DNA of 64,000 bases from positions 17,546,001 to 17,610,000 of the forward strand of contig NC_087249.1 in the NCBI RefSeq assembly GCF_037042905.1, in the 5' to 3' direction. This DNA is from Lytechinus pictus. Its lineage: Eukaryota. Positions 38,075 to 49,370 of the stretch are shown here, in pieces. The first letter of the stretch is position 1. Each line of letters begins with the position of its first letter. The notes under the pieces were generated by a model. It ran no database searches. It had not been told where the DNA came from and saw only the letters and a program-made list of their open reading frames with translations. The position numbers were made by a program, and so were the translations under genes.

Positions 38075-38332
38075 CAGGGGCGGAACCAGTATATTCCAAG
38101 GGGGTGGGGTTAGTACAGGAAAAATTTGACAAGCAAAAAAAAAAAGTTTTCACTACAAAATGGTCACTTTGTTCCAGGAAATTTTATAGGAAAAAAAGAT
38201 TTAAAAGCAAAAAAGAGCCTCACTTGCATATGCATGACATATTCCCCCCTAAAAAAAAAAAACTTTATTTGTGCCTCTCAAAAAAAGGGGGGGGGGGCAG
38301 GCTGGATGTACCCATACCTGGATCCGCCACTG
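38075..38332. mobile_element. hAT-like MITE (CAGGGGCGGA / GGATCCGCCACTG ends)
   Basis: Same termini as the 20953 element; degenerate 8-bp TSD ATGTTTGG / ATGTGTGA. Confidence 0.65.
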
Positions 38333-38764
38333 ATGTGTGATATGAGACCGTCTCAGACCAAACACTGATAGCAAGACTCACAAAAATTATTAACACAAAC
38401 ACACATTCTTTTATATCATTCATAATGTATTTCATTATCAAATCACAATATATCAATATAAAATCTATCCCATGAAGCATTTTATGCATACAAAATACGA
38501 TAAAAGTGTTACGACTGGCCTGTCACACAATGTTGTCCAATATTGTTTGTAAATTCCTATATGGTTTGATCCTAGTTTGTCTAATAACCATTTGGTCTAA
38601 TTATAATTTAGCCCATTTACCATTTCGTATAAGATCCACTTGGTCTAACATCACTAATTTAGTCTAAACGGCGAAGTGCTTATGAAACAAACTATCACCT
38701 AGTAAGAAAGTTCCAAATAAAAGTGCATGAAGAGAAAAATGGACCATCTGGAGATTAGAACAAA

Positions 38765-39030
38765 TGAGCGTTTTGGCAGAGTGGTCTCCTGACCTTAAAA
38801 CGGAGGGCCGAGGGTTCAAATCCTAATCAAGGTGTAATTTTCTTCAGCACAAAATGTATCCACACTGTGCTGTACTTAACCCAGGTGAGGTTAATGGGTG
38901 CTTGGTAGGATCAATTTTTCTAATGCACCGAGCAACGCTGATAAAGGTGTAGCTTGAGCTGAAGCCCGGGTAATAATAGTTTTTGTATCCTCTGGCAAAA
39001 AGTGCTATGTAAATCCAGATATCATTATTA
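38765..39030 (+). mobile_element. tRNA-derived SINE, same head and core as the 62116 copy but a different tail
   Basis: TGGCAGAGTGG and GGTTCAAATCC boxes; shared core; ends AAAAGTGCTATGTAAATCCAG..ATTATTA. Confidence 0.78.
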
Positions 39031-39206
39031 ATGACAAATTCTTTAGACTAAATGGGTATTAGACCAAGTGAAGTTAAGACCAAACAACAATTAGACCAAA
39101 TTGATACTAGACCTACTGGTACTTTGGTCTTATTGTGTAGACCAAGTGGGTTAAGCCCATGTGTCTTTGGACTATCTGAGAAGCAGACTAATTTCTTGTA
39201 GACCAA

Positions 39207-39597
39207 GGCCGGTATCCGATACTTAAGCCAGGATTTTAAGTGTTTCGCTCAGAATTTTGCTTAAGTAAAATACTTGACCATCTTTTGGTATTCAATTGCA
39301 TTTGTGGCTAAGTATTCTGCTTAAATCTAAGTCAGCCACCTACCTGGCTTAAATTTTGCATGCAGTTTACAAACGTGATACGCACAGTCGTACATTCGGC
39401 AAACAGATAAATACAAACATTGCGCACCATTTGGCTCAAACTTAACGACGTCACAATGGCTATTAGTAAGTATTTTGCTAAAATTTTGCTTGATATAGTA
39501 AAATGCTTGGATGTGATCTGAATACGAGCTTAAGCATTTCAAGTAAAATGCTAAGTAAAATGCTTACAAAATCAATGCTTTTGATTGAATACCAGCC
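39207..39597. mobile_element. PIF/Harbinger-like MITE
   Basis: TIR GGC(C/T)GGTAT(C/T)C; 3-bp TSD CAA; internal CTTAAG/GCTAAGTA repeats. Confidence 0.7.
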
Positions 39598-39829
39598 CAA
39601 CTTCTGCCCAAGTGATTAGAAACCAAACAAAGGTATGCACTGGTTTCTCAGATGGTTTCTATGGAAGGCAGAGTTTGACTATGGTGTGACAGGGGCCTTA
39701 TGAAATCCATAAAAGTAAAATTGGCCACGACACATAGTATTCTCAAAGAAATCAGTAATTGGTCATTACAGGGGGATCCAACCTTGGTACGAAAAAAATA
39801 AAACATGTACTTATTTGCCACATCACAAA

Positions 39830-40460
39830 CATGACAGGGTGCCTCATTTTTCTCTCTCTGAAAAGGAGTGATCATGTTCACTCTTGACACGTTTTTAAGA
39901 GTGAACATGAACTTTTAGCTGGAGGGAATTGCAAGTACAGGGTGACTCAATATTACTCTTTCTAAAAAGAAATGACAATTTTCTTTCTTAACCCTTTTCA
40001 GGACACAATTTATGGTATAAAAAAATACTGTAGTTAATAAAAACTTCAGTGACTCTTGGCTGGATAGAGATGCCAATACAGGGTGCCTCAATGTTACCCT
40101 CTCTATCTCTGAAAAGGACTGATCATGTTCACTCTTAAACGTGTTTCTGAACCCAATTTATGATAATTACTCAACATTGTAGTTCATCAAATCTAGCCTC
40201 AATGAACAAGCTCAAAGACTTTTAACTGGAGGAAATGGCCAGGAGAGGGTGTCTCAATTTTACTGACTCTAAAAAGGAAATTCTGGACCCAATTTATGGC
40301 AGCTAATATTCATCCATAACTGGCATCAGTGAAATGACCTCTGGCCCCCAGGCTTCTGGCTGGATGGAATCGCCTCAATTTCTAAATTTTTGTCTCATTT
40401 TTTTAAAGGTGTAAACATGCTCACTCTATTTTTAATTCTAAATGAATTTCTCTAGAGTGG
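39830..40460. repeat. Degenerate tandem repeat (ACAGGGTGCCTCA...TCTGAAAAGGA.TGATCATGTTCACTCT)
   Basis: Motif recurs at ~39834, 39937, 40078, 40285 and 40373. Confidence 0.6.
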
Positions 40461-41437
40461 CAGTGTTTATATCATTATTATATCAGTTATTCGAAGAGCA
40501 TTGGGAAGGATCACTCAAAGAAGGATTGAAATTTCAATCTACATTCACTCCAAAGTCTCTCTAATTTGTATCCTTAAAAGTGACAGTGTCATTTTTCCCA
40601 TATCTTTTTGTTTTAATACATTAACAAATACATACATGTACAATCATGGGTATTAAGGCCACAAATAGAGTTGGAATCCTTACAAACAGTCAAACTAATT
40701 TGTAATAATAACAATGCTTTGTCACTGTGTTGCCCCTATGAATAATCATAGTACATTAATGGTGCATTACTAATCAAGTCTCTTTTATTACATCTTTATT
40801 TAATCAATGGATGTTCTCAAAAGATAGCTCAACACTTTAAATATTTTTTTTTTTCCATCCATATGTACAGTACATGTTTTCCGAGAAATATATGAATAAA
40901 TCATTCCTGAGAACCAAATTTGTCTTGACATAAATCCTTAACCATCAAGATTGAAAATGGCATGATTTTACTGAAAATTATAAATTTTTATTCAATAGAG
41001 ATTTGTAGCTATTACAAATGCTTTTAATGTCTCACACACCAAAAAAAAATAATTTCTATCTTGTTCAATGAGAACACAGTTTTCAAAGACAGTCTTGGTC
41101 AACCTAATAAATCGGAATAAACTATATGCTGTAATTATAGAAATGGTCCACTTGATACTTCTTCTTTTTTTTAAACAAAATTAATGGACATCTTCAAGAT
41201 CAAGCATTCAACCATTTTCTCCAATACACTCTAAATTGCAATATTCATGCTTGAAACCACAATACATTCTTTGTCGATTAAACATCAATTACAAATATAT
41301 TATTATAAACCACATTTACATTTATATTTCAAAATTCCTTTAATACACAAGGACCACATTTACAATGTATCTGGGGTCTGCTGCAAAAAGTGTTGTCTTC
41401 AAACACAATTTAAAAAAAAATCAGTCACAAGTTCTCA

Positions 41438-42186
41438 ATTCTCGCTACCCCAAATACATGTAGGAACAAAAATCTCATAATGCGCGAGACAAGATAATTT
41501 TCTCTCCGTCGGGTCGTCATCACCACTTCCGGTTCAAAGTAATGCTCGCGCGAGGTTCGCGATACTGAGTTTCCACCACGCTGAAATCGATGCCAATCAG
41601 CGTAATATGTACAGATTATAATACTTTTTATTTAATTTTGTTCAGTTTTGATTCCATTTGAATTATAAATAAAAATGAAAAATATATTTCACGTGAAAAT
41701 AATTTTTATTCATGTTTTTATCTGGTTATAAAAAAGTCCAAAAAATGAATATCTTACAATATTTTGCATTTAGCGACCGGCCTGACATCACGATCGTATT
41801 TGACTAGACGCTAAATATAAACAGCATTCATTCCGTTCAATTTTTCGTCGACCACAAAATGGATAAAAAAATCAGTTTTGGAACTTAAAAAAATCTTAAC
41901 TGACAGAGGAATACCGTGCAATGGAAAGCGTCGGGCAGAATTAGTGACTTTAGCAGAAAAGGCCGTTAAACTGTATCGTGAAAGAGAGGGTTGTGATCAC
42001 GAACTTTCCGAGCGAAAGCGACGTTGTGTTGTTGTGCATGACGGCACTGTTGATCTGAATGGCAAAACAGTGCATTGGACTTCCGAACAGGAAGTTGTAA
42101 TACCGAAAAGCTATCCCATAATGCAATGCACGTTACAGGGATTTGTCCCGGATCTCGGCGAAATCGCTATTTGGGGTAGCGAGAAT
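41438..42186 (+). mobile_element. 749-bp TIR element carrying the N-terminus of a SAP-like domain ORF
   Basis: Perfect 19-bp TIR ATTCTCGCTACCCCAAATA. ORF from ATG 41859 (one extra A in an A run) reads MDKKSVLELKKILTDRGIPCNGKRRAELVTLA. Confidence 0.72.
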
Positions 42187-43199
42187 ACATGCTTCTGATT
42201 GGTTGAAAAGCTAGTTGTGTTCAACTCTTTTGATTTGTGATTGATTGCCACTCTTTCTGCAACCGGTCCAAGATCAGCGGACCCTTTGGAAATCTGAGCA
42301 TGAAAACGGAGGAGTTCCTACTGATTCAGTTTAATCGTTACATTAAGATTGACCTCATTTATGTGTGCCTAGGAGAAGAATTAAGACCACTCTTAGGAGA
42401 GGTGTTGCAAGAAAATATTTGCAATTGATTTCAAATTTCTCTTGCCACTGATAGATCTATTTTCATATTTTTGGAAACCAGTGTACACTCCTTGTTGCCA
42501 GAAGCACAAGATCATCAATTAATTAGCACTCAGTCGTAAGAAATACGATTGATTTAGAGACCCCAAATAGATTTGCAACTGATTATAAATTTCTTGCAAG
42601 GCCCCATCAGTGTCGCTACTGATCTGATTTGGTTGTTTCTTTTTATCAAAAAGTCAAAAGACACTGTGTTGGAATGATAAGAACAAACCATGATACAGTC
42701 TATTGTTTCATAATATCTCTCATCAATCACATTTAACATGTACTATTGTATTCCTGCAAACCTGATTTGTCATGAGAAAAATTTGCCATAGAATTTCACA
42801 CATTTTTTTGGTTGATAAAAAGCTTTAAACAGACCCCTAGTTACATGTATCACATCATGTGTGAATGCAGGGCCGATCTCAGGGAACATCTTGTCAGCTA
42901 TTTTGAAAGACAACCATTATTAAAGCTGTTCAAAATCAAGCTTCTGATTGTCTGAAGGCAACTCTGCCACTGAAAATCAACAACAAATTGTTTTTAAGAA
43001 ATGCGGCTAATGCCACATGACATATGAGAAAGTATGGTGCATTTCAGGGAACAACTTGTGCTTGTGATTTTTACTGACTAGTGTTATATGCTGACAAAAC
43101 CAATGCATATGGTTGGGGGAAAATTTGTATCTAAAAATGACTGACGAGAAATTTTATGAAGCAGGCCTACGTAATAATTATGGCATGTGAGAGTTGGGT

Positions 43200-43295
43200 T
43201 TATAGCTTGCCCTTCACGAAGCTCTGGAACAACGGAAGAAGCTTTTGGAGAAGCATGATCTGACCTTTAATCTTGATCTTGCCGGACAAGAACGC
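43200..43295 (-). CDS. HSD17B4: HSD17B4 last coding exon: AFLSGKIKIKGQIMLLQKLLPLFQSFVKGKL*
   Basis: AF..G..K..G.IML.QKL SCP2 C-terminus with PTS1-like -GKL. The 14 exons sum to 1496 nt in one continuous frame. Confidence 0.94.
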   Translation of the reverse strand, partial: AFLSGKIKIKGQIMLLQKLLPLFQSFVKGKL

Positions 43296-44144
43296 CTGAA
43301 TCAAGAAGCGTGAAAGAAATGGACAGTGACAGATAAATAAAACAAAAGTGTAAGGAGACAGAAAAAAAAAAAGACAAATTAATTGACAGAAGTGACAATA
43401 CATAGGATAAAGTATCTAGAAACGCCACCTAGAGCTACATGTACATGTAAAGATAGGTAAAATATAGTACATGTTTGTATCTACAACTACATACATGTTC
43501 ATGTACATGGTGCAAATGATAAATGCCATATATCATTTATCTTTAAATAATATGACATAACAATAATGCCATTTGAAATATGTTTGATGGTTTTTGGTTG
43601 AGCTTCATGCCTATACCACTGATAAAGAATGCGATGGATTCACTGAAAATGACAAAATTACGCTAGACTCTCAGTCAATGTGGACAATTTTAAGTCACAC
43701 AAGAGATTGTTAAAAATTCCTGTAGCTTATAAGCAACAATGAAACAAAGCAGTCAGATGCAGATTGAGGAGTCAACAAAGTCTTTGAAATAATTAGAGGA
43801 TTTTAATCTAGCATTCATCAATTTTGAAAAATTTTGATTTTTTTTTTTTTTTACTCCAATCCAAATCTTACTTAGAAAAAGAGATTACTGCTGAACAAAT
43901 TCATACAAATTAAGGAGTATATATCATTCCTTGTACTAGGAATCTTATGCAGGTCAGAACTGGACATCAAATGGTATGTCATTTAGGGTCAAGTTAGTTT
44001 AAAAAATGTCTGTCATCAATTCAGTCTGAGAAACCACACCCCCTCCCCCTTCCATTCCCACCTCCCCTTCCCCCCTCCCTTTCACCCCTTCCCCATCCCT
44101 CCCCTTCCTCCCTCCCTAGTCATTGATGCTTTTTATCAACATAC

Positions 44145-44272
44145 CGTCTGTGGTTGAAGTGCTCCAGAAGCTAGGGCCACAAAGTCGTCATCAGATACAG
44201 TAACGGTAGCATTGGCCTTGCCAGACTTTGGTTCTCCTTGGTAGACTGCACCCGTGCCCTTCAGATCAAAGG
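44145..44272 (-). CDS. HSD17B4: HSD17B4 exon, SCP2: TFDLKGTGAVYQGEPKSGKANATVTVSDDDFVALASGALQPQT
   Basis: 128 nt; DLK..G.VYQG and SD.DF.....G.L.PQ SCP2 motifs. Confidence 0.93.
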
Positions 44273-45383
44273 CTTAAAAAATGTAAAATAACAATCGGAA
44301 TAAACTGATTTGAATTGTTATCATTCTTCCTGTGTAAGACTTTCAACCAAGAACAGGAATTACATGTACAACTACATGTAACTCTCTCTTTGCAACATTT
44401 CCCTAAATAATTGGTTCACTTGCCTATGGAAGTTGTGGTAGAGATGGAAATAATCATCACAAGCTATTAATTTCTCGGTCCATTGCAAAAAGACTTCTTT
44501 TAATAACAAAATGCACACTTTTGATAACAAATTCACCATCAGCCAATCAGATTGAAGGATTTCAGTAGCTTTTAACTTGTACTGCAAATTTGTTATTATA
44601 ACACGCGTTATGAAATGGGAACCTGATCATAATATGCAGAAATATTATTTAAAAATCTGGTCCGCTGTAAAGGATGGCTCTTCCAGAGCCCTAATATTAA
44701 ACATAGAACAAACAGCTGATAGCGTCTGGCTAAAAATTTGGGTGCAGTCCCACACATTCCTATCTGTGTGTAGTGTAGTGCATGTGACCTTCAGCAGAAT
44801 TGAGTCAATCTATTTTGGTGATTCCAATGCCTTTTTACAGCAAACACCAGCTATTTGGGGACATTTCTAAACAACCTTTCAAGATCTCTTTCAGAAAAAT
44901 TCCTCCAAAATGATCATTCACAACTGCAACTGAATGTTACATGTACCTTCATAGATATATGCCATTTGTGGTAACTGTCCTAAAATGGGTTCAATCCGAA
45001 TTCAATAAATTGACCGAATTCAATAAATTGACGGTTGCATGTATAAATAAAACTAATTGCCAGAATGATTCTGGTAGATGCTTTATTGCTGAGAAATTGA
45101 TAAACTATGGTATTCCAACCGATGTCAGGCTTTGCAAGCAATCAAAATACACTGTCCCACATGTGTTTACACTGTACCTGTGTTGGGAGATTTTCAGTGT
45201 GATCATATTCAGCGAAGATTTCATAATTTAACAGAGAAATACTATATGTGACTGAACAAATTCTAGATCTTAGCTGGTATGGTGACAAATAACCTTGATA
45301 GTAAAAGACTTTCTCATGAAATCACAATCGCTTGCTGCAACTACATATTAAGTACTGTCACTTTCAAAATTATAACGACTTAC

Positions 45384-45525
45384 TCCACACGGCAGCGACC
45401 TTTCCGTTGGATGTGATGTTGAACTGGATGACACCGTTGACCTTCTTAACGAGGTCAGGAGAGCTGCTGACGATCTCATTGGCTGCAGAGAGAACCATCT
45501 CGGACTTCAGACCGGGCGAGGGAGG
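45384..45525 (-). CDS. HSD17B4: HSD17B4 exon, start of SCP2 domain: PPSPGLKSEMVLSAANEIVSSSPDLVKKVNGVIQFNITSNGKVAAVW
   Basis: 142 nt; LVKKVN.V..F.IT..G.....W SCP2 pattern. Confidence 0.92.
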
Positions 45526-46122
45526 CTGGAAACAAGTTGGAGAATGACATATCACCTTGCGATTAAATCTGTAAAGTTTTTTAACGCCGCTGGGCCTCAG
45601 CCAATTTGAATAGCGTTATCTTAAGTCCTAACTCATTCCTGCATCCTTACCAAGTCTTAGGATATGTTCACTATAAAAATGACTGATTTACTTCAAATCT
45701 AACACTCATATTACAATTTGACAATAAATTTGCTTTTAATTTTCTTCTAGGCATTCCTCTTCTCCAATAGAGATCAATGACCATCAACAAGAATTAAAAA
45801 TGTATTACTGATTGTTGAATGAGATGGTCAACGTATCAAAAACCATCTTAATTACATAGGCCTACAGCAGGAAATTCCCGATGCTTAAGTTTACAACCCA
45901 GTTCTGACATTTTTTTATTAAACTGATTGGTTGAGACCAAGCACATAATCCAGGGACATACTTTGCCAGGTGGGAACTTAAATTCAAGTACATGACCAGT
46001 GATTACCAGTAGTACCAGATGCATTAATACAGACTATGCAGCTCTAGAAGCCAAAAGAAATGCATATGTATCAACATCACAACTTCTTTCTTTAATCAAT
46101 CATCATCCACATGCATCCTTAC

Positions 46123-46209
46123 CTGATTTCCTGCAGCATTTGTCAGCTCAGCTCCACCATGCAGATCCACGTAAGCTCCGGATATACACACAGCTCCAGT
46201 CTCGGCAAC
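46123..46209 (-). CDS. HSD17B4: HSD17B4 exon: VAETGAVCISGAYVDLHGGAELTNAAGNQ
   Basis: 87 nt; V.ETG...IS.AYVDL at the end of hydratase-2. Confidence 0.92.
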
Positions 46210-46836
46210 CTGATAAACAAAACAACAAACAGAACTTTAAGTCGCTGTAAACTTCTTGAGGACCCTACTCGGCACCGTTTTTTCAACAATTCTCAGATTT
46301 CAGCATAGACAAAAAAATGCAGAATGCTGTTGTGAATGATACTGAGCACGATTTCTACTCAGTATCTTTTCCTTGTTACAACGATCAAAGAGATAATTAA
46401 CTGAACAAGGAAAAATTCTTTATCCCCGAAAAAGGTAGTGCTTAACCCTAAAAAGACTTGGGGGCCGATTCATCAAAAAATGTTGACCGCGTCACTCGCT
46501 GACTTTTTACTTTCAAGCCTTGCGCGACTTTTGAGACCAAAATTGCGACCCCCGAATACACGGTTCCGAAATTACGCAAGTGCATGCAGACCCCAAATTG
46601 CAAAAAAAGCGTCATGTACAAAGCCAATGCAATTTTTTAGCCCAAAGTCATAAATGTATCATTATTTTTCCTTTTACTGATTAAAATGAATTAATTTCAT
46701 CTTGTTTATGGTCAAAATAAAGTAACTGACAATTTCCATTGAAAAAACAAAAAGTCGAAAAACAAAGAAATACATAAGAAATTTAGAAAACAATAACAGG
46801 CATAAGAAAATATATATGATGTTGTGTTTTTTTTTA

Positions 46837-48473
46837 AGTTGAATTAAGAAGGGGGTGAGTTTCCATAAATATGGGTTCCACACACAATATATAGTATATA
46901 TCAGTGGTTCAAACAGATAGCATGTCACAAAAATCCTCTGCCTTCTCGATATTTTGCTTTGAAAGTGTATGAAATTAGCCTCCTGTCAGAGCCCGAGAGA
47001 CGAGTGTACTGAAAAATCACTCTGAGTGTGACGTCACGGATGGGAATTTAGTATAAGAGGCACCCGGATGTAATACAGAAATGCTATGCAGAGAGAGAAA
47101 GATGATTTTACAATTTTTTTGCAAAGCAACTCAAATCAAACAAATAGGAATCATATGTACAAATCTTTACTTTCCCTGTATAAAAAATAGTATGAATAAC
47201 TATCATGAACTCTTAAATCATGATGTAAGATTGCAAACAGTGAGTTATTGAATGATATTTTCACTATTTCTCATTTATTTTATCACGATGTTCCATCAAG
47301 TGAGTAGCTGGAAAGTAGAGCCATCGGCTAGCTCAGCTCAGCGCGCGCTGCACGCCTATACAATACTAGAACACACAACACCCAGGCACTGAGTGTACTG
47401 TAGTGGTCAGGTATGTCGACCCGCAGTTCATGACCATGCAGCGATCCCCTGACCCCCTGACGTCTTTTTCTTCTTTCCTTTTGTCTTGACTCCACTTTTA
47501 TATCCTCTCGATCATTTCCACTCATAGCTCATTCCACAGAACAATCTTGAATCAAACTTACTATTCTTCTCGGCCTTCAGAGTTGTTTTCTATATTTAAT
47601 TACGCTAGAGGTCACCGTCACACATACAAACGCAATTCGTAAGTGAGTTCAAGACAGCAAGAAAGGTATGCGGTACGCATACAGTAGCTCGACAGCTAGC
47701 TGCGCCGGAGCGGGCGGCCGGTCGGCACAGAGCAATTCCGCAACCAACTGTTTTTTGCAAGAGCCGCGTCACACGAGGATAAATATGTCATAATAACACG
47801 TCTGCTACGTTATCGACTGGTGAGAAGATCTCGTTCAAATTTCATATTATTCGCCTTGAAATTATTCCTTCAGGGTCTATGGTATCATTCTGAGGGAATT
47901 TACATATTTGAATTAATAGTACGGCCATAAATATACTTTTAATCATTTCCTCTTTGCAAGTTCTCTGGCTCGCAGATACAACTTCAACTGCAGTTTATTC
48001 CATAATGACTTGTTTCGCCACGGACACAGTCCCGAACGAAAACAAGGCATTATAATATTCTAAATTCGCTACAAAGAAGAAAAGTTTAACAATGTAGGGA
48101 CATATTATTGACTATATGACTTTGAATAATATTACTTCCTTTCAATATCGTTCACATAAAATCAATAGCGATGAAATGAAGTTTTGACACAAAAGTAAAT
48201 ATGAAGGCGTACGTGCATAGTACACAATACGCCAGTGCCTTGTTTACTACACCGGGACCGAATACCCCCCGTGACGTCACAGTCAGAGAACACCCGTCTC
48301 GGTAGGCATTGCAGGAGCGAACTCAGGGAAAATGGGTAGGGATAAATCGTTCAAATTCACTATTTTGAAGAAAAAAAATTGGGTGGTCGAATCACCTCTT
48401 AGTGTTTGGGGGGTTGTAAGGTTGCTATTAATGTAAATATCTCAATATTTGGACTTGTCTTCTTAATTCAACT
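46837..48473. mobile_element. 1.64-kb non-autonomous TTAA-targeting (Kolobok-like) DNA transposon in an HSD17B4 intron
   Basis: 15-bp TIR AGTTGAATTAAGAAG, flanks TTTA / TTAA, and mirrored subterminal GTGACGTCAC at ~47028 and ~48271. Confidence 0.72.
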
Positions 48474-48637
48474 TTAAAGTTCATTTGATCAGATCCCTGT
48501 GTTGAGTATACTTGTCAACCAATCTCTCACAATGCAAACCATGGAGTGATTTCACAATGAGGGCCCATGTATTATTAAGAAACACACACACACTTGAGAG
48601 AACAATGTACACCAACTCCGGGACGGAAATGACATAC

Positions 48638-48724
48638 CTTACTCTGGAAATGGATTCTGCTACCTTCCTGCCACATATCGGTCTGTATGGTCTGACCAGG
48701 GAGAACGGGCTTAGAGAAACGAAC
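48638..48724 (-). CDS. HSD17B4: HSD17B4 exon: [29 protein letters not shown]
   Basis: 87 nt; RF.KPV.PGQT.QT.MW.EG.RIHFQ.K motif. Confidence 0.95.
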
Positions 48725-49370
48725 CTGATATCATTGATGAGAGGGGGAGGAGGAGGGGGGAGAGAAAGGAGAAGGGAAAGATTGGGACAAGGGGAAAGGG
48801 GGAAAAAGAGGGGGAGGAAGAAAACAAAGAGAGAGTGTGTAGAAGACAGGAAAATGTAAGACAGGAGGTGCAAGATACAAAGACATAGAGAAAAAGGCAA
48901 GGCAGACGGTGCAAGGGCAACATTGGGAGATTAAGACGGAGGGGAGAAGGTGAGGAGAGACAGACAAAAGAAAAAGAAAAATTAGATGGAAAATAATGTA
49001 ATAAAATAATCTCAACAACTTAACCTTATTCTTCTCATTTTACAGACAATCGTTGAATAATCTGACCAGAAATATTTACTTTATAGTAATAATTGAGTAC
49101 AATTAGATTGAATATTACATATTCAAAGACTATACAGTCCATCAACAAAAAAAAGAATTTCATCCAGTTATCATAACTTAATCACAGATACAATAGACAA
49201 ATGACACATCATTGTAAAGCTTAGAATCTCCTCTGTCACCTAGTATAACTTGTATGATTCTTCATTCCCCCGTGAGTATAAATACTTCGAAAAAATGATA
49301 CCAAAATGTCAGTTGACGGGCGGTATCTGAATTTCAAAAAGAAAATGCAGTATGCGGGAGACAAGGCATA

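Noticed and set aside
48481-49018. Cluster of 70-139-aa ORFs
   Set aside because: Explained by the 87-nt HSD17B4 exon plus its long polypyrimidine tract.
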